Shown here one piece after another: positions 1 through 13,686 of a stretch of DNA of 64,000 nt (positions are counted from its first letter, which is position 1; each line of letters opens with the position of its first letter). The DNA comes from Hormiphora californensis. Taxonomy: Eukaryota > Animalia > Ctenophora. Both the position numbers and the translations under genes were made by a program. The stretch is from NCBI GenBank assembly GCA_020137815.1, contig CM035354.1:4340001-4404000 (forward strand). The letters run 5' to 3'. The notes under the pieces were generated by a model. The model saw nothing but the letters and a program-made list of their open reading frames with translations, was not told the DNA's origin and made no database searches.

Positions 1-3000
1 TGGTCCGGGGCTCCTTAACTTCCTTGCTCACTTTCTTTGCCTTCTTCACCTTCTTAACAGGTTCTGGCTGCGGCTCTGGTATCCTAATCTTCAGTGGTTT
101 AACAACCGGGTCAGGACTCGTCACAGTAGACGAGGAATAGGAAGGAGAGGGAGACTGGGCCGGGGATATGAGATCGTTGAGATGAGCACCGCCAATTTTT
201 ATTTTTATCTTGGGTATCTTTAGAGAAACACCCTCTGATGCTGGGGGTGGTGTTGGGGGTGGCGGGTCCACTACCATTGGTTGAACCGGAGACTCTAATG
301 TTGGTGTTGGGGGACCTTTTGGTAATGTTAACTTAGCCAATGGAACCTTGGGCGAGCCCCGTGTAGACGAAGAAGAGGATGAGTTTTTCCCTATTTTAAT
401 TTTCGGTGGTTTAGATTTACCACTCTTGGTCACCGCCGGTGGTGTGTCGTGCTCATGTTTAGAGGAGGCCTGGGGTGAGGAAACAGGGTTGGGGTTTTTC
501 AACTCTGCTTTCGTTTTAAATGTCCGTTTACCATCATCACTGTCTTTCAGTTTCACCGGTTTTTTCTTGGGTATCAAAGTTTCAAACACTGCTAAGGAAT
601 CATCATCCGAATCTGAGGAAAGGGAATCCAGGTCGCTGTCAACTGTACTTTTTGATTTGAACTTCGAGCTGTTTGGGTTTTTAAAGGAGATCTTCAGCGA
701 TGGTTGTGATGGTTGTTCTGGTTTCGGTGGTGCTGGAGCGGTCGGTTTTGTGGGTATCACTAATGTTGGTTTGGGGGGTGCTACCAGGGTTGGTTTTGGG
801 GGCGCTGTAGATTTAGGTAGTTTAGGTGAAGCAACCTTACTGGGTGGTAGGGGTTGATCTATCACCATGGGGGCAACTACTGCCGGCGGAGGAGGCGTAG
901 CATGACGGTGTTTCGATTTCTTCCCCTCCGATAACTTCAATTCCTTGGTCGACAAGGACAGTGTAATTGGAGCGAGTTTAGGTCGAGGTGGTTCAGCAGT
1001 CACATGATTCACCGTTGTTGTCGTTGATTTCACTTTGGGTGTTTTATCAAGTTTACTGCTATGGTTTGGAACCTTTATTGGCGACTCGTCAAATAATCCA
1101 ATTGGTTTCGGGGGTATTTTTGACACCGGTTTCACCGTCACTTTGATGGGTGGTCCTTAACCTTTTTCACCTTCTTGGGTTTCGAATTTTCATGGTGATT
1201 CTCCGAATGATTCGAGTTGGGAGGTTTAGGTTTCTTGATCTTGACAATGTGTTCACCCTTCTTTTTACTGCTGTTATGATGATGATGGTGGTTACTGGAC
1301 GACTTTTCCTTGGCCACCACATGGTTACTGTTGTTGTGATTGTTTGTACAACTTGCACTCTGGTTTAGAGGGCTTGGAAATCGGGCTGTTATGATCTGTT
1401 ATTAGATCAGGTCGATACTTCAGGAGAACTCCGTCCGTTGGTAGTTTTGGGGAGGCAACAGGAGAATCGAGTCTTCGTCTCTTGTTTACAGGAGACCTGC
1501 TTCCCGGTGATGCGACAGCAGCAGGTGTCGGTTTCTCAGCAGCAGCAGCGGCGGGGGAGTCAGTTGCCCTCTTCAGAAGCTTCTCCATATTCTCCTTAGC
1601 AGTTGAAAGCTCATCTGAACTTGATTCACTGAGGCCGAAATCGTTAGCAAAATCATCCGAATCACTGTCAACCATGGCAGGGGTTTTGTAGGTGTCCTTC
1701 TTTTCATCTGTAGATAGGGCAGTTGTGGGTGGTTTGACACCGGATACCTTGTTGGTGGATGGAGGTTTAGGTTTCCTTTTTTCAGGCACAAACCCACTCA
1801 ACTCTTCCTCTACAACGTGTTTTGTCTGTTGTTTCGACTTCTCAAACAGTTTCTTAGTGATACCATTCTTCTCCACATCACCCAGCTTGATCTTGATTTT
1901 CTCCATCGGAATGGGGGTAGAGGCAGACACTGGTGGAGGGGTGGAGATTTTGCTACTGGTAGTGGGACCGTTTTGGGACAATGCAGCTGGAGGTGGAGGT
2001 GTTCTTGGCGCCACAGAACCTGGACCGTTGGGAATTGGTTTTTCTGTAGGCTTGTTCTTCTCCGCATGTTTCTTATCCTCCTTGGCTTTCTTGTGTTTGG
2101 CAGTGAAAACAAAGTCGTCTGAGTTTTCTGTTATCGTGTAGCTATCAGGCGAAGATTTTTGTTTTTCCCGGGGTTTTCTTGGAACATCACCCGCTCCACT
2201 TTCTCCTCCCCCTGTCGACTCTCCACTGATGTTAACCCTTTTGAAGCCCCAGCTGGACACGTTGGGTATGGGTAGCTCACTCCGGTTGATAAAGGGGCAG
2301 TTGGGTGCCACAGGTGCTGGTGCAGCTGCTGCTTCATCAAAGGGATCAGGACCTTTCTCAGACGTCTCATTCGCAAGTGAAGAGGTATTCAGGGCAGATT
2401 TATCTGAAATAAAAGAATGTAAGTTAGCAAATAAATGGTCGTGTTAAACAAAAACAAACAATTGCTTGGTTTCCAATGATCACACCAGTTGTGTGGGTGG
2501 GTTGTTTTATAACGCAGAAGACGATCCTTCTGTGTTTTAAAACACCCACCATAGGGTGATCATTGGAAACCATGAAATTCACTACCCCACCAGCCTCTAC
2601 CACCTTATAAAAACAAACAACGTACAGGTACATGTTGTAGTAATTACCTTCTGGTTTAGGCTCCTGTTTAATCACAGTTGTGGGTAGATAATCAGGAATG
2701 TATTCCGGGCGATCCTCTATAATCTCTTCTGGGATTTGCAGCTGCGATTCTGCAGTAGCAGGGAACGTCCGGTACTGAAAATAGGGCAATGTTGGGTAAG
2801 TACATTAAAACTGTAGAACAGAGATGGGATCTTGATAATGTAACTTGGAGATTTCCCAAGGGACCTACCTGGTAACTACGTCCACTCTCAGTTTCAGACC
2901 AGAAGTTCTGCAGTTCCGTTAAAGTTATTCCTAGTTCGCTGAACGAGTTTGCCAGGTCATTGAGATCCGGCTCAAATCGGCCAGCTGTAAAGGAAATTTT

Positions 3001-3231
3001 GGGTAAAAGCTAGCGCCACACGTTACAGGATGATCAACTACTAATTTGAGAGTGCATTTCATTACCATGGGTTGCACTACGTAATGCATTAATTCCAATG
3101 TTGGTTACATAGTGTTTGGTTATGTCTGAAAGCAGTGAAATTCCAGATCCTGATGTATGATGCCAGCCTTGTTGTCGGCACATGCGGGCTACGGAGGAGA
3201 TGAGCAGGTGCTCTGCGAACTCATCGGCCAT
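1..3231 (-). CDS. TAF3: TFIID subunit 3-like (N-terminal histone-fold/BTP domain, long Lys/Pro-rich region); 3' end outside window
   Basis: N-terminus MADEFAEHLLISSVARMCRQQGW..LLSDITKHYVTNIG..ATH|AGRFEPDLNDLANSFSELGI is a bromodomain-associated histone fold; PEYIPDYLP motif follows; then a long low-complexity exon with apparent frameshifts near 1325 and 1138. Confidence 0.75.
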
Positions 3232-3915
3232 CCTTTCATACCCTGATATGGAAACAAGCGGTAGAAACGCAGTCGAATCATATTTAACATATTTATCATT
3301 TTCGCTTGAAATCTGGCATGGGCTCCGCCGGCAAACCGCAGCGACAGAGGCCGCCGAAAAGTGAACTTCTGGCGTGTTTTCTCCAAATTTTGGATCTGGA
3401 AAATAAAACTTGATTTTGCAGAATATGGCGCGCGCGTTTGCGCGCCACTTTTGGCGATGGACAATGCGTAATGCTGCGCCGCGCTACCGCACACTGTTTA
3501 CGGGGGCGTATTGTGTGTGTGTGTGTGTGTGTGTACAGTTTTAAAGAGTTACAAAAGTCACAGTTTACACTTTTATGTTTATTCTCGATAATGATTTCTC
3601 ATCAGGCCATGCAATTGCCGAACAACGACCCGGACCAATACCAAGATAAACATCAATTTATGTTGAAATGTTGTGAAATCAAAAGGGTACCCGAATCACA
3701 GAACAAAATATCGTTGATAACAACCCAAATATATTTTCTATCTAGATCACATATTAAGGGAATAAATTACATACATATTATTTATCTCATATCACACACA
3801 AAAACGGCTCACAAAACGGGTTAACTGTAAATTACAACAAGGGAAAATTACACAACGTCACATTATTGTCCATGTCCCTTGAACCTTGATACCATATTTC
3901 TTTTAGGTCATCAGT

Positions 3916-5305
3916 TTAATAATCGTCTTCGGTAGGGTTGAGAATGGTTTTGGGTACCATGAATAGGGAGAGTAGGGTCTCAGGGAGGAGCAGAACAATT
4001 TGCCTGAAGAGGGAAGTTGATGTTAATTGTTAGATATACTTGGTGGATAGATTGGTGCTCAACAATTTGAATTGTTGAACAAATAAAATTAGTTGAAAAT
4101 CAGAATCAAAGTTCCTAAGTCCTGCATGTAACGTACCACATCACATCGTGATCATAGAGACGAGCCTTAGCGAAGAGGTACTGTCCAAAGTACATGGCCC
4201 ATACTCCGAATACAAGCGTAACTTTAGCCCTCCACTCCTGGATTGAAAAACGGTATTAGGGGAAATGAGGGGAGAGCTTACTGGCTATTGATTGTTGGCT
4301 ATATCCAGATTGTAAAGTTTACAGGGAAGAAACCAGAAAGCACAGAAATTCAGATTATCATGATGTTGGAAGTATACTTACAGGCTGTAGAAGAGGGGTT
4401 CCCATTGCCTTCTGGGTGATGAGATCCAAGATAAGGAGACCACCATACACGGTCATGGGTCCGAGAACTCCAAATACCAGCCTATTACAATCTTTAGAGA
4501 CCCTCCTGTTCTTATCTGAGGTCTTGCTCATGTTTCGGAGGGCACAGAACAACTGGTTGGGTAACTGGTAGAGGAAGGGAGCCATGGCCAGGCCAGAGAG
4601 TACTCGGACAATGTTCCAGTGGTTGAAAGAGAAGTTCCACCAGAGCACAGTTGAGATACAGCAGCCGGAGAAGAAGTGGATTCCTAGACACTCAGCTGGG
4701 GGAGGAAAAAAGTTAATTATTTAAAAATTGTTTGGGACGGATATATGGTGATTTAGAAAACCAATTGTGAAGTAACAGAATCTTTACAAACAAACAGTAA
4801 GTAACAGAAACTGACATCCTCGTGCGTTGTGGTTCATAACGGGGGAGTTAGCTAGGAGGACGGTCAGGAATATACAGATCACAGCAGCTCCAATTCTGTC
4901 CTGGAAGAAGAATGATTTGGCGGCTACGTAAGCACCCATGGCACATGCTGCCAGCATAAAGCTGAATGTTCGGAGAATCTGAGCGTAGTAGATATCTTCT
5001 CCTTTCCTCCTGATGAAGAGAGTGGGGTTAGAAACTGCAGTGATAAACAGAAATGTGGGTTAGGATTTAGCTGATCGTTAGTGCAGTGCTAAGTCAAATA
5101 AAGAATTGTTGGGTGCCAATAAAAGTAGAGAGAATCAGCCGAGAAAACGAGAACCCAGCTGACTGAATCAGAACTGAACTCAGTTGACAGAATCAGCTAA
5201 GTGAACTTACAGGTCCTCATAATCAGTTAGAGACTTGTAACTGAGATGTACAAAGTTGGAGGCAGGTTTAGGTTCACCACCATCAGAATTCTTGGCTTTC
5301 GGCAT
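3916..5305 (-). CDS. Multi-exon multipass membrane protein, possibly Bax-inhibitor-1-like
   Basis: ATG at 5305 (MPKAKNSDGG), several hydrophobic exons bounded by GT/AG, stop at 3916 (..ILNPTEDDY*). Family assignment is weak. Confidence 0.5.
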
Positions 5306-6063
5306 CTTGACAACTCACACAATTAGTAAAACTTCAGGGAGGAGGATGAAAGGATGTAATGGTTAAAAGGATCGGCTTGCTCTCTTGCAAACACCCACGC
5401 ATCCCATAAGCACACACACACGGGCATGGTGGTGAGAGAACCAGCCCACACAATGTTGAGAACAAGTGTAGACATGTGTTTGGTCGTTCAGAGGTATATA
5501 TATTCACTCTAAGTATTCGACTTAAAATAAAATGTATTTAATTGGGTGCATGGTTCCACTGGACCAGCTGGTACCAGGTTCCAGGTATTGACACGTGTGC
5601 GTGAAACATATCTCACAGGTGAATCACCTGAAACAAGCTCGCACATAAACGTGTGTTATACGGGACATGAATTGAGGCATCATACTCTTGAGATTCGAGT
5701 GGGGAGGAGAAATAAACTACCACAAGCCATTTCCTTAGTTGAGGAAATATAACAACTATAACATCCGATTCAAGTTGCAAACAAAGTTAAATTCGAGTCT
5801 TACCAAACGATTTAAATTCTCAATTTTCACAGATTTTACAGAATAACTCGGCAGCTGTATTTTGTAGCCTGCACAAAACTACAATTTTATTTGTGTAACC
5901 AACTTAGTGACGCTGGGAATCTGACTCATTTTATTTCCAGCGGCCATCAATCAAACGCAAAGTTATGGTACCAGAACTGTGCAAACAAAGTTATTTCAAA
6001 GGTCTACTTCAAGCTGTAAAGTTACATAGGTCTACAGTAGACCCGGTCTAGTTCGATCATTTC

Positions 6064-9000
6064 CTACTGTAGCTGAGTACTGTTCCCGTTATAAGTGTTC
6101 GTATCGTCATCATCACCATGGTTATCCGCCCCACTTTTCTTGCTGTCTGATAATCTGGTGATGTTACCGTCCAACCGAGTTCGCTTCCTCAACCCTCCCT
6201 GATTGCTATTAGAGTCATCATCCGCTGCTGTTGTCGGGGTTTGGGGCGGCGGTCTGTTAGGGGAGAGGGTATAAGGAATAGTAGGTGTAGAGAAGGGCTC
6301 GTATAATAGTGGAGAGTCTAGGGTCAAATGTGAGAAGTAGCTGTTCTCAAACAGAAGTGACCAACTAAATATTAAGCCCTAATCACGTAATACCTGGATG
6401 CCGATGGTTGGGAGGTCCTGTTGAGAGGTGGTGGTACTGGTCGAGAGGTCGGGGCAGCTGGAAATATCACATCCTTAATGTAGCCGAGAATGGTGAATGG
6501 GAGCTGTAGGAGGGTAAGAAGTAGACCCCAAATATCACCTCCTGCTGCCACCTAGAGAGGGGGCAGGACGGTGTAAAACAGAAGAAATGGAGCAACTTTT
6601 ATTGGAACAATTCCCATGTGCAGAATCCTGCACTACTGATCCCGACAGCGGTTTGATAAGTTACTATTAACCCAATCACTAAGACGTCTTACCGAGTTGG
6701 CTGGTCTATCAATGGGTTGACTGTTAGATATCACTAGTATAACTGCTGAAGGGTGCATCTCTAGCTCCTCAAGGGATTGTGTCATGTGGGCTGCTGTTAG
6801 TTCGTATCTTGGATACAAACTCCATAGTGCCGCACCCTCAACATCTAGGAATAGTTTTTCGAACTGTTTAAATTGATAGGCTCTAGTCTATGACAACATA
6901 CTAATATCTCTTCGAGAACTATTATTTCAAATCCAAACACAACTGAACACGTGTTTCTCACCATCGCATTGCTGTTTAAAGTACTCCACTACCTCACCCA
7001 GTTTAGCATCCTTTTCAAACAGGTGGAGCAGTGAGGTACCATCAGTCTTCTTGAACTGTATCCGTGTAGTGGTCAGGGCCCTGTAGCAGAGGGTAAATTA
7101 GGAAAAGGGGGAGTAGGAGAGAGGGGGAATTGAGATATATACTGGGATAATGCAACAGAAAATCATATAATTAGACCTACTCGCTGCTACTGCCCAACTT
7201 ACTTTTTCTGAGCAGTGTTCTTGGCAGCAGCGGGCAGTGGCTCTCTCTGCTCCTGCTCCTCAACACTCGGATCCTTCTTGATATATCCCTTGCCACTCAT
7301 GGCTAACAGCTGAACATGTCCAGACAGCTGGAGATCCACTAGACTCAGAGCAAGATGACCCTCTGTGAACCTCATCCGGGGATATGTGTTCCACAGAGTG
7401 AAGTTCTCCTTTTGTAGCGACTGAAACAGGAGGATATATTCGCGATTATCATTTCACTCTTAGAGTTCATGAGATATCTTAAGATCAGCTAAGAATAACT
7501 TTTTATTCCTCCGAACAACGTACCTCTTTGACAAATTCCACGACCTCAGAGAGTGCATCCGTTTCATCGAATGTGCGTGAGATAGTTGTAGATGTACCGT
7601 ATTTTATACTCAAATTCACTTTACCCTCCCTGTGTAGAGTAGAATTGATTAGTGGGGGCAGTAAGGAATGATTGCCTCCCAATGATCTAGCAGATATAAA
7701 GATTAGCCAGTTTTTTGTCAACCTCAATTTTATTACTCACGGTAGGGAGGGAGCAACTATTGTAGCCGTTGAAACTGTAGTTGTAGAAGACCCACTACCC
7801 TCAACAACTGCCCCTCCTCTTCTCTCCGCCTTGTCTCTAGCAATCTGGGCTCTTATCCTCTCCATCTCCGCTTTCTGGGTCATTTTCTCCTGTCTGATAG
7901 CCTGAGCGTGTTGCCTCAAAGCCTCATCATCTCTCTTCTTCTTCTGCTCCTGGACCTTTTGACCAACCTCCCTTCTCTCCCTCTCCTTTACTTTTTCCTT
8001 CTCCCTCTCTGCCGCTTCCTCCTCTTGCCTCTTTTTCTCTATCATCTGCAGAGCCCTATAAAAAAGTAGCTGTTAGGAAAAGAATTGATGAGAGTCACTG
8101 ATCCCCCTCCCAGATTCTGAGGTCTAGAATTATGACCTACAATGAAATCGATATAGAGCATACTTCTCTTTTCTCTCCTCTAGAGACAGCTCAGTTGGTG
8201 CTTGTTGTGGCGATGTTGGTTCATCTTCACTAGGTCCTGCTCCCTCCCCCTTCAGCTCACGACTCCTGAACAAATAGTGATTATTTAACTATCTATAATC
8301 TAAGTCAAAGAGAATGAAAAAGGGTTTTAGATTTGTTTATTTACCGTTTTATCTTGGCCTCAATGGATTCAGGTGTAACAGTGTTAGAAATTCCAGTCTG
8401 ATCCGGAGCTGCTGCACTACTAGCAGTAGTTGTAGGTGCAGTAGTTGTAGGTGCAGTAGTTGCACCACCAGCTGCAGGCTGAAAAAGTTAAGTCATATCA
8501 GCAAGGGGTGGGTTACTGTATGAGGGACGGATGCATCCGGATGTGGTGACTGAGAGAAGGAGGGATTTCATGTTTTCGCGCTTGTCAGTACAAAACATTG
8601 CGGCGCGCACTAACGCGAATGAAGCTTAGTACTTGTTGCACATCAGCGTCACCGCGCTCTACTGAGTTTATATCCCTCACACGGGACACGTTGCATGAAA
8701 ATGTGTGGCTGAGACTTCCCTTTGAGAATGATGTCAATGGACTAGGGATTTCTCATTTTATTACTCCGGTAATGAATTCATCCGAAAGTGAATGACGAAT
8801 ATCTGATGAATGTGATGGAGGTGGATAAATCCATGAAGTCTTGGAATGTACTACTACTAAGTTGTTTAGTTGATTCTGTCTAAGAGGGGAGTCCGAGGTC
8901 TCCGAAGCCACTTTTGACATTCGGTCCGGCTCGAAGAGATACTCTGGGGATCAAACTGTGTCTCCCTTGGAAACTTATTTCCAGCAGAGTACAAGCAGGT

Positions 9001-9464
9001 CAATACTCAATAGCAGTAACTCAGCAGTTCAGTCATAGCAATATTGGTAGAAACAAGGGTTCAGTTTGTGTACCCATTGTAATACTGGAGGTGAGACAGT
9101 TTTTATGAGGCCACAGTCCACACACAGTACACACCAAAACAACGATAGGAAGTGGCCAAAATCTAACATCTTGATATGTAGTGGTTTAGGTTCAATTGCT
9201 AACAACCATGGACCTCTATCTGAATGTTTCTCAGAAAAACTGTTGGCTGGTTCACAATGTCTAACTCGTGATACAGGAATGAGATTACAAGAAACCTAGA
9301 TTTTATCGAGGATATAGTGAAGTTTTGACTGGAATGATTCCAAATATGATCTGGAGAGTTGTTATTATGATTGAGATGCGTATCAGTCAATGATTTTGAT
9401 GACAAGTGCGGCTCAACTGATGTGCTCGCAATAAACTTACACGCACATGTAAAGAGAGATAGAG

Positions 9465-9548
<84 letters not shown>

Positions 9549-12500
9549 TGAGAAAGAGAAAAGAGTATTTGTGTCTTGAGACTGACCTTAGTTGTTGAGC
9601 TCTCAACTATTTCTTGTATTTTGTCCTTGTCTACGATTGCTGCTACACATTGTCCCGCCCCGTCAATTAAATACACACAGGGTACCACCAGGATTGGATA
9701 GTAAACTGCAAACTGTTCTGCTGGAGTTCTGAGGGAGAAGGGGAGATATCAGTTATTTTAGAAGAAATAAATCTTACACCACAACATAACAAGGAGGAGA
9801 AAAAGAGACTAAAAGGGTGGAGGAGGGAGGAGGGGGAGGAATGTGGAATAAGATATGGAGGAAGGTGACCCACACTAAGAGACCTACAACTAACAGCTAT
9901 GATAGGAGGTTGTTTGAGCAGGTCTATGACTTTACTGATTGTTGCAATTGGGGAACTGGTATGATGATGGGAGCCGGCGTGTTTACCTACCTGCCTGTCG
10001 TTATCAAGTTAGTGTGATTGTGTTTGGTTATGTTTTTGTGCTTTCATAGACAATCGTATTTTGCATTTGCAATCCCTCTACAGCCCCAATATTATGAATC
10101 CTCTCTGTCAGGTATGTTGCTGGACCCAGTACAGTCCTATCGTACATTCTAGGAGGTGCCATTGTGTACACCTCTGTATTTGCATTCACGGAACTCTCTA
10201 CAATCTACCCATACTGTGGGGGAACATATGTCTACAACTACTCAATATTTGGAGGGTTTATGGCGACCCTTTTGGGCTTCTCCCTGTTCATTCAACATCT
10301 CATGATCGCTGCTGATATGTGCACCAGTCTGTCCGATCACATTGACTACTTCATATTCCACAAGTGAGTTGTTGTTGTTGTTGTTGTTGAGGTATCATGT
10401 ACATCATTTACTGCTGAGGTAGCCCGTTATCTGTCCAAGAGTATTTACTTGTTACTAATTTATTGATTTATTTTACCAATAACATTGCGCTCCCCCACTC
10501 TCCAGGTCACTAAAAGAGTTTGAAATGGATGAATTTAATAACTTTTTCTCGGGATCCTCAATTGCCATGGCATCTTATCCACAGTTCTTTTCAGCAATCA
10601 TCTTTGTCTTTATAGCCTACCTTCTTACAACCCGATCATATATCAACAACCTAGTTGGATCAATAGCAAACTACATTTCGTTCCTCGCTGTGTTTCTGAT
10701 AATATTCGTGGGTGCCTTCTACATTGACATTGACAACTGGTTAACAGTACAAGGAGGTTTCATGCCCTATGGTTTAACTTCAGTGTCCCGTGGTGCGACA
10801 GTGATCCTGTCAACCTATCTGGGATTCACTATGTTGCCCTGTCTGTCAGAAGAGGAGAAGAACCCTCAGGTTGATATCAGTCAGGCAACCCATGCTAGCT
10901 TCTTCTTTGTCATGGCTATCTACATATCTGTGAGTCTGGTGGTCAGCCTTATGGTACCTTATAATGATGTCATGACCAACTTTGCCATGTCCAACATTTT
11001 TATTGATGTGGGTGCTGGGTGGATGAAATATTGTGTGGAAATTGGTAAGTTGATCAGCAGTCAGCACTGTGTGTTATTGTGTGTTTGTGAGCTCAACATA
11101 CATCACCTCAATCTAATAATTCTTTGTTAAACTTATGAGGGCCTCGGTAATACACATACAGCGTACCATGCCGAGCATCAACAACCTCAATATTTACCAT
11201 CGTTAGATTAATCTCTCTCCCTCGATTTATCTTCGTTTACTAATAAACTATTTACAACCTAGGTTCAATTGCGGCATTCTTTTCCACTGCCATGTGCTTT
11301 ATTGTGGCTGCATCAAGGCTCATGTTCTCAATGGGCAAAGACAGAGTAATACCCCAGTGCTTTGGATTGCTTCAACCTAGGACTAAAGTAAGTTATTTTG
11401 GATACGAGATTTCAGGAAGAAAGATCTTTGTATGTTTTATCCCCAAATCTCTCCCACGAGTACCCACTACCCACTCAACCCAGTGGGTACTACCCAACAC
11501 TCACACTTCCAACTAAACTTCACCTACTCCCTCAGATTCCCTACAATGCGGTTATGTGGGTTGGATTCCTGGGAGGTACATTGGCCCTTATTTTCGATAC
11601 CTCCTACCTCATTCGGATAGCAAATACAGGCTACATGGCAAACTGTGTAGCCGCTAACTTGGGAATCCTGAAACTTCGCTACAGTTTCTACAACTTTTAC
11701 CCAGCAGAATTTCAACCTCCGAGGCTACCCCGACCAGCTACCCGACCAGCAGGCTCCAATCAAAGAGATGGATCGTCTGATGAAAGAGACGATAAGTGTA
11801 CAACAGATAAATTGTTGCTGTGGAAGTGGTACAAGACAGTCACAATATGGACAGATCGGGCAGCTAAAGCTTGTATCAGTTTGTGTTTTGTGTGGTTGTT
11901 TGGCCTTGTTGGAACACTAAACCGCTGGTGGTGGAGCATCTTCTCCTTCCCACACCACTTTTACCATCCTATGATGTGGACCTTTGTAACACTGATGGTT
12001 ATACAAGTGTGCATATTGGCAATGATTCCACAACGACATGTTAACCACGTACACAAGACACCATGGGTAGGTGTCAATTTAAAACTAGGATATTGTTTTC
12101 ATTAGTAACCATAGCAACAACCTCACTCCCCTCTCAGGTACCATGGTTACCAATGACGTCAAACTATCTTGTTGTGTTACTGATGTTCGAGGATTGTCCT
12201 AATTTTGTTTGGAGGGTAAATACAGCTATTTCCAACTTTGTTTCGATTAGAATAGCAGTTATGAACTGCTACCCACTTCATATTTCCTAGTTACTTCACC
12301 GATATTTCATTTCAGGTTGAGGGGTACATTCTACTGATATCCTTCCTCGTCTACCTAACTTACTCGTATTGGCACATGGAGAACCCCCCTGAGAGGGACG
12401 ACTCTCAGGATGAGATGGGAGAGAGAGATGAGCTGGTAATGACACTTCAAACTGGTTACCACAGCTGTAACACCCAGACAATAGCGGGTGAAGGTGATGG

Positions 12501-13479
12501 TGGTGGTGGTGGAGGGTAGTAGCGGAGAGAGAGAGGGAGAGAAGGAGAGGACGGTGAGAGGGATTGAGAGAAGGGAAGACAATCTACAAACCGAGAACGA
12601 GTGCTTGAGAGTTGAGGAGTGAGAACTGACCCCGTCGACGACAGACACTATGACCGATTTTCAGTCCTTCGGGGCGTGCTCTTATTACCCTTTCTATTGC
12701 ATCCCCTGCATGTTTAAATCTTGACACTGTGCGAAGGACAGAGTCACGCTAGCTTTATACTTTTTTCGGCTTCACGTGCTTCCTACACACGTATCCGTGT
12801 CGGTCAACTCAGACTGTCTGTCTGATGTGATCGTGATCACTGGTCGGCATCCCGTCCTACTCCCCAGGATGTAGGGATCTAGAACCAGCCCAAATCCCTT
12901 CCATAGTTCTGCCTCTCTTCTCAATCTCAAACTGAAATCTTACACTTTTCAAAATCCCTTTATATCTGAAGTGTTGACAATATGGTGGTACTGAGCACCT
13001 GCGTCTCCTTCGGGTCTTTCATATAGATATTATAATAACACGGTGCCGACAGTAGCTGGCTGCTTAGTGGCAAGACCGTAGTCCTACCAAACCAAACCAA
13101 ACCAGACCGGGGAAGGGATATGTGGAGAGAGATAGAAAGAGAGACTTTGGTGATTTTTATAAAACTCTTGTTGTTGTTGTTAAATGGTAGTAATTTCGAT
13201 TTTTCTTACGTTCCAAATTCAATTTGAATTGAGATGAAGTTGGTAAACAGTTGATGATTCTCTGTCAGAGCCGTCATCATTCCTCCACTCGCCTCTTTAT
13301 CATCTGGGGGATGGTGTAAAGACTAAATATCATTCAACGGCAAATAAACGACAGGGAAATTTGGTAATTAATTAATTAAAAACTCCTAAGTATGTACCTT
13401 TTACAAAGACACAAAGGAATGTAGATTTCTCCCGGACAACCTTAATAGCCTCTGCAATTGAACCGCCATACCAATTCAT
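6064..13479 (-). CDS. UBXN4: UBX domain protein 4 (erasin) with two UBX-like domains
   Basis: Exon 1 MNWYGGSIAEAIKVVREKSTFLCVFVK (13479); exon EQFAVYYPILVVPCVYLID (9586-9728); coiled coil at 7737-8045; UBX exons at 6690-7630; C-terminus GNITRL..DDDTNTYNGNSTQLQ characteristic of UBXN4. Confidence 0.85.
9470..9543. repeat. (GA)n microsatellite in a UBXN4 intron
   Basis: Directly visible GA run of about 70 bp. Confidence 0.95.
9841..12519 (+). CDS. APC/SLC7 cationic amino-acid transporter-like, nested antisense in a UBXN4 intron
   Basis: GMMMGAGVF, FTELSTIYPYCGGTYVY, GGFMPYG, YLGF..LSEEEKNPQ, SRLMFSMGKDRVIP and HKTPWVPWLP motifs across about 7 exons; 3' end approximate. Confidence 0.85.
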
Positions 13480-13686
13480 TATCTAGCAGGGCTCTGTACC
13501 AATAAAGTTTTGTTAGAAGAGTTTGAGTGAAATAGGTAAGCAAAATTTCTTAAAACATTAACTTACGAAAAATACAAAAAATCAACAATATTCAGAAATG
13601 TCTGTTGAATAAAAACATCACTGCCCTCAGAAATTAGCAAAAAAATTCATATTCAGCCAGTAGGAACTAACGGACCTATTAAAAGG

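Noticed and set aside
348-2141. Plus-strand ORFs of 149-169 aa
   Set aside because: Antisense shadows of the low-complexity TAF3 exon
9199-9606. ORFs with poly-(LS) or poly-(RE) tracts
   Set aside because: Translation of the GA microsatellite
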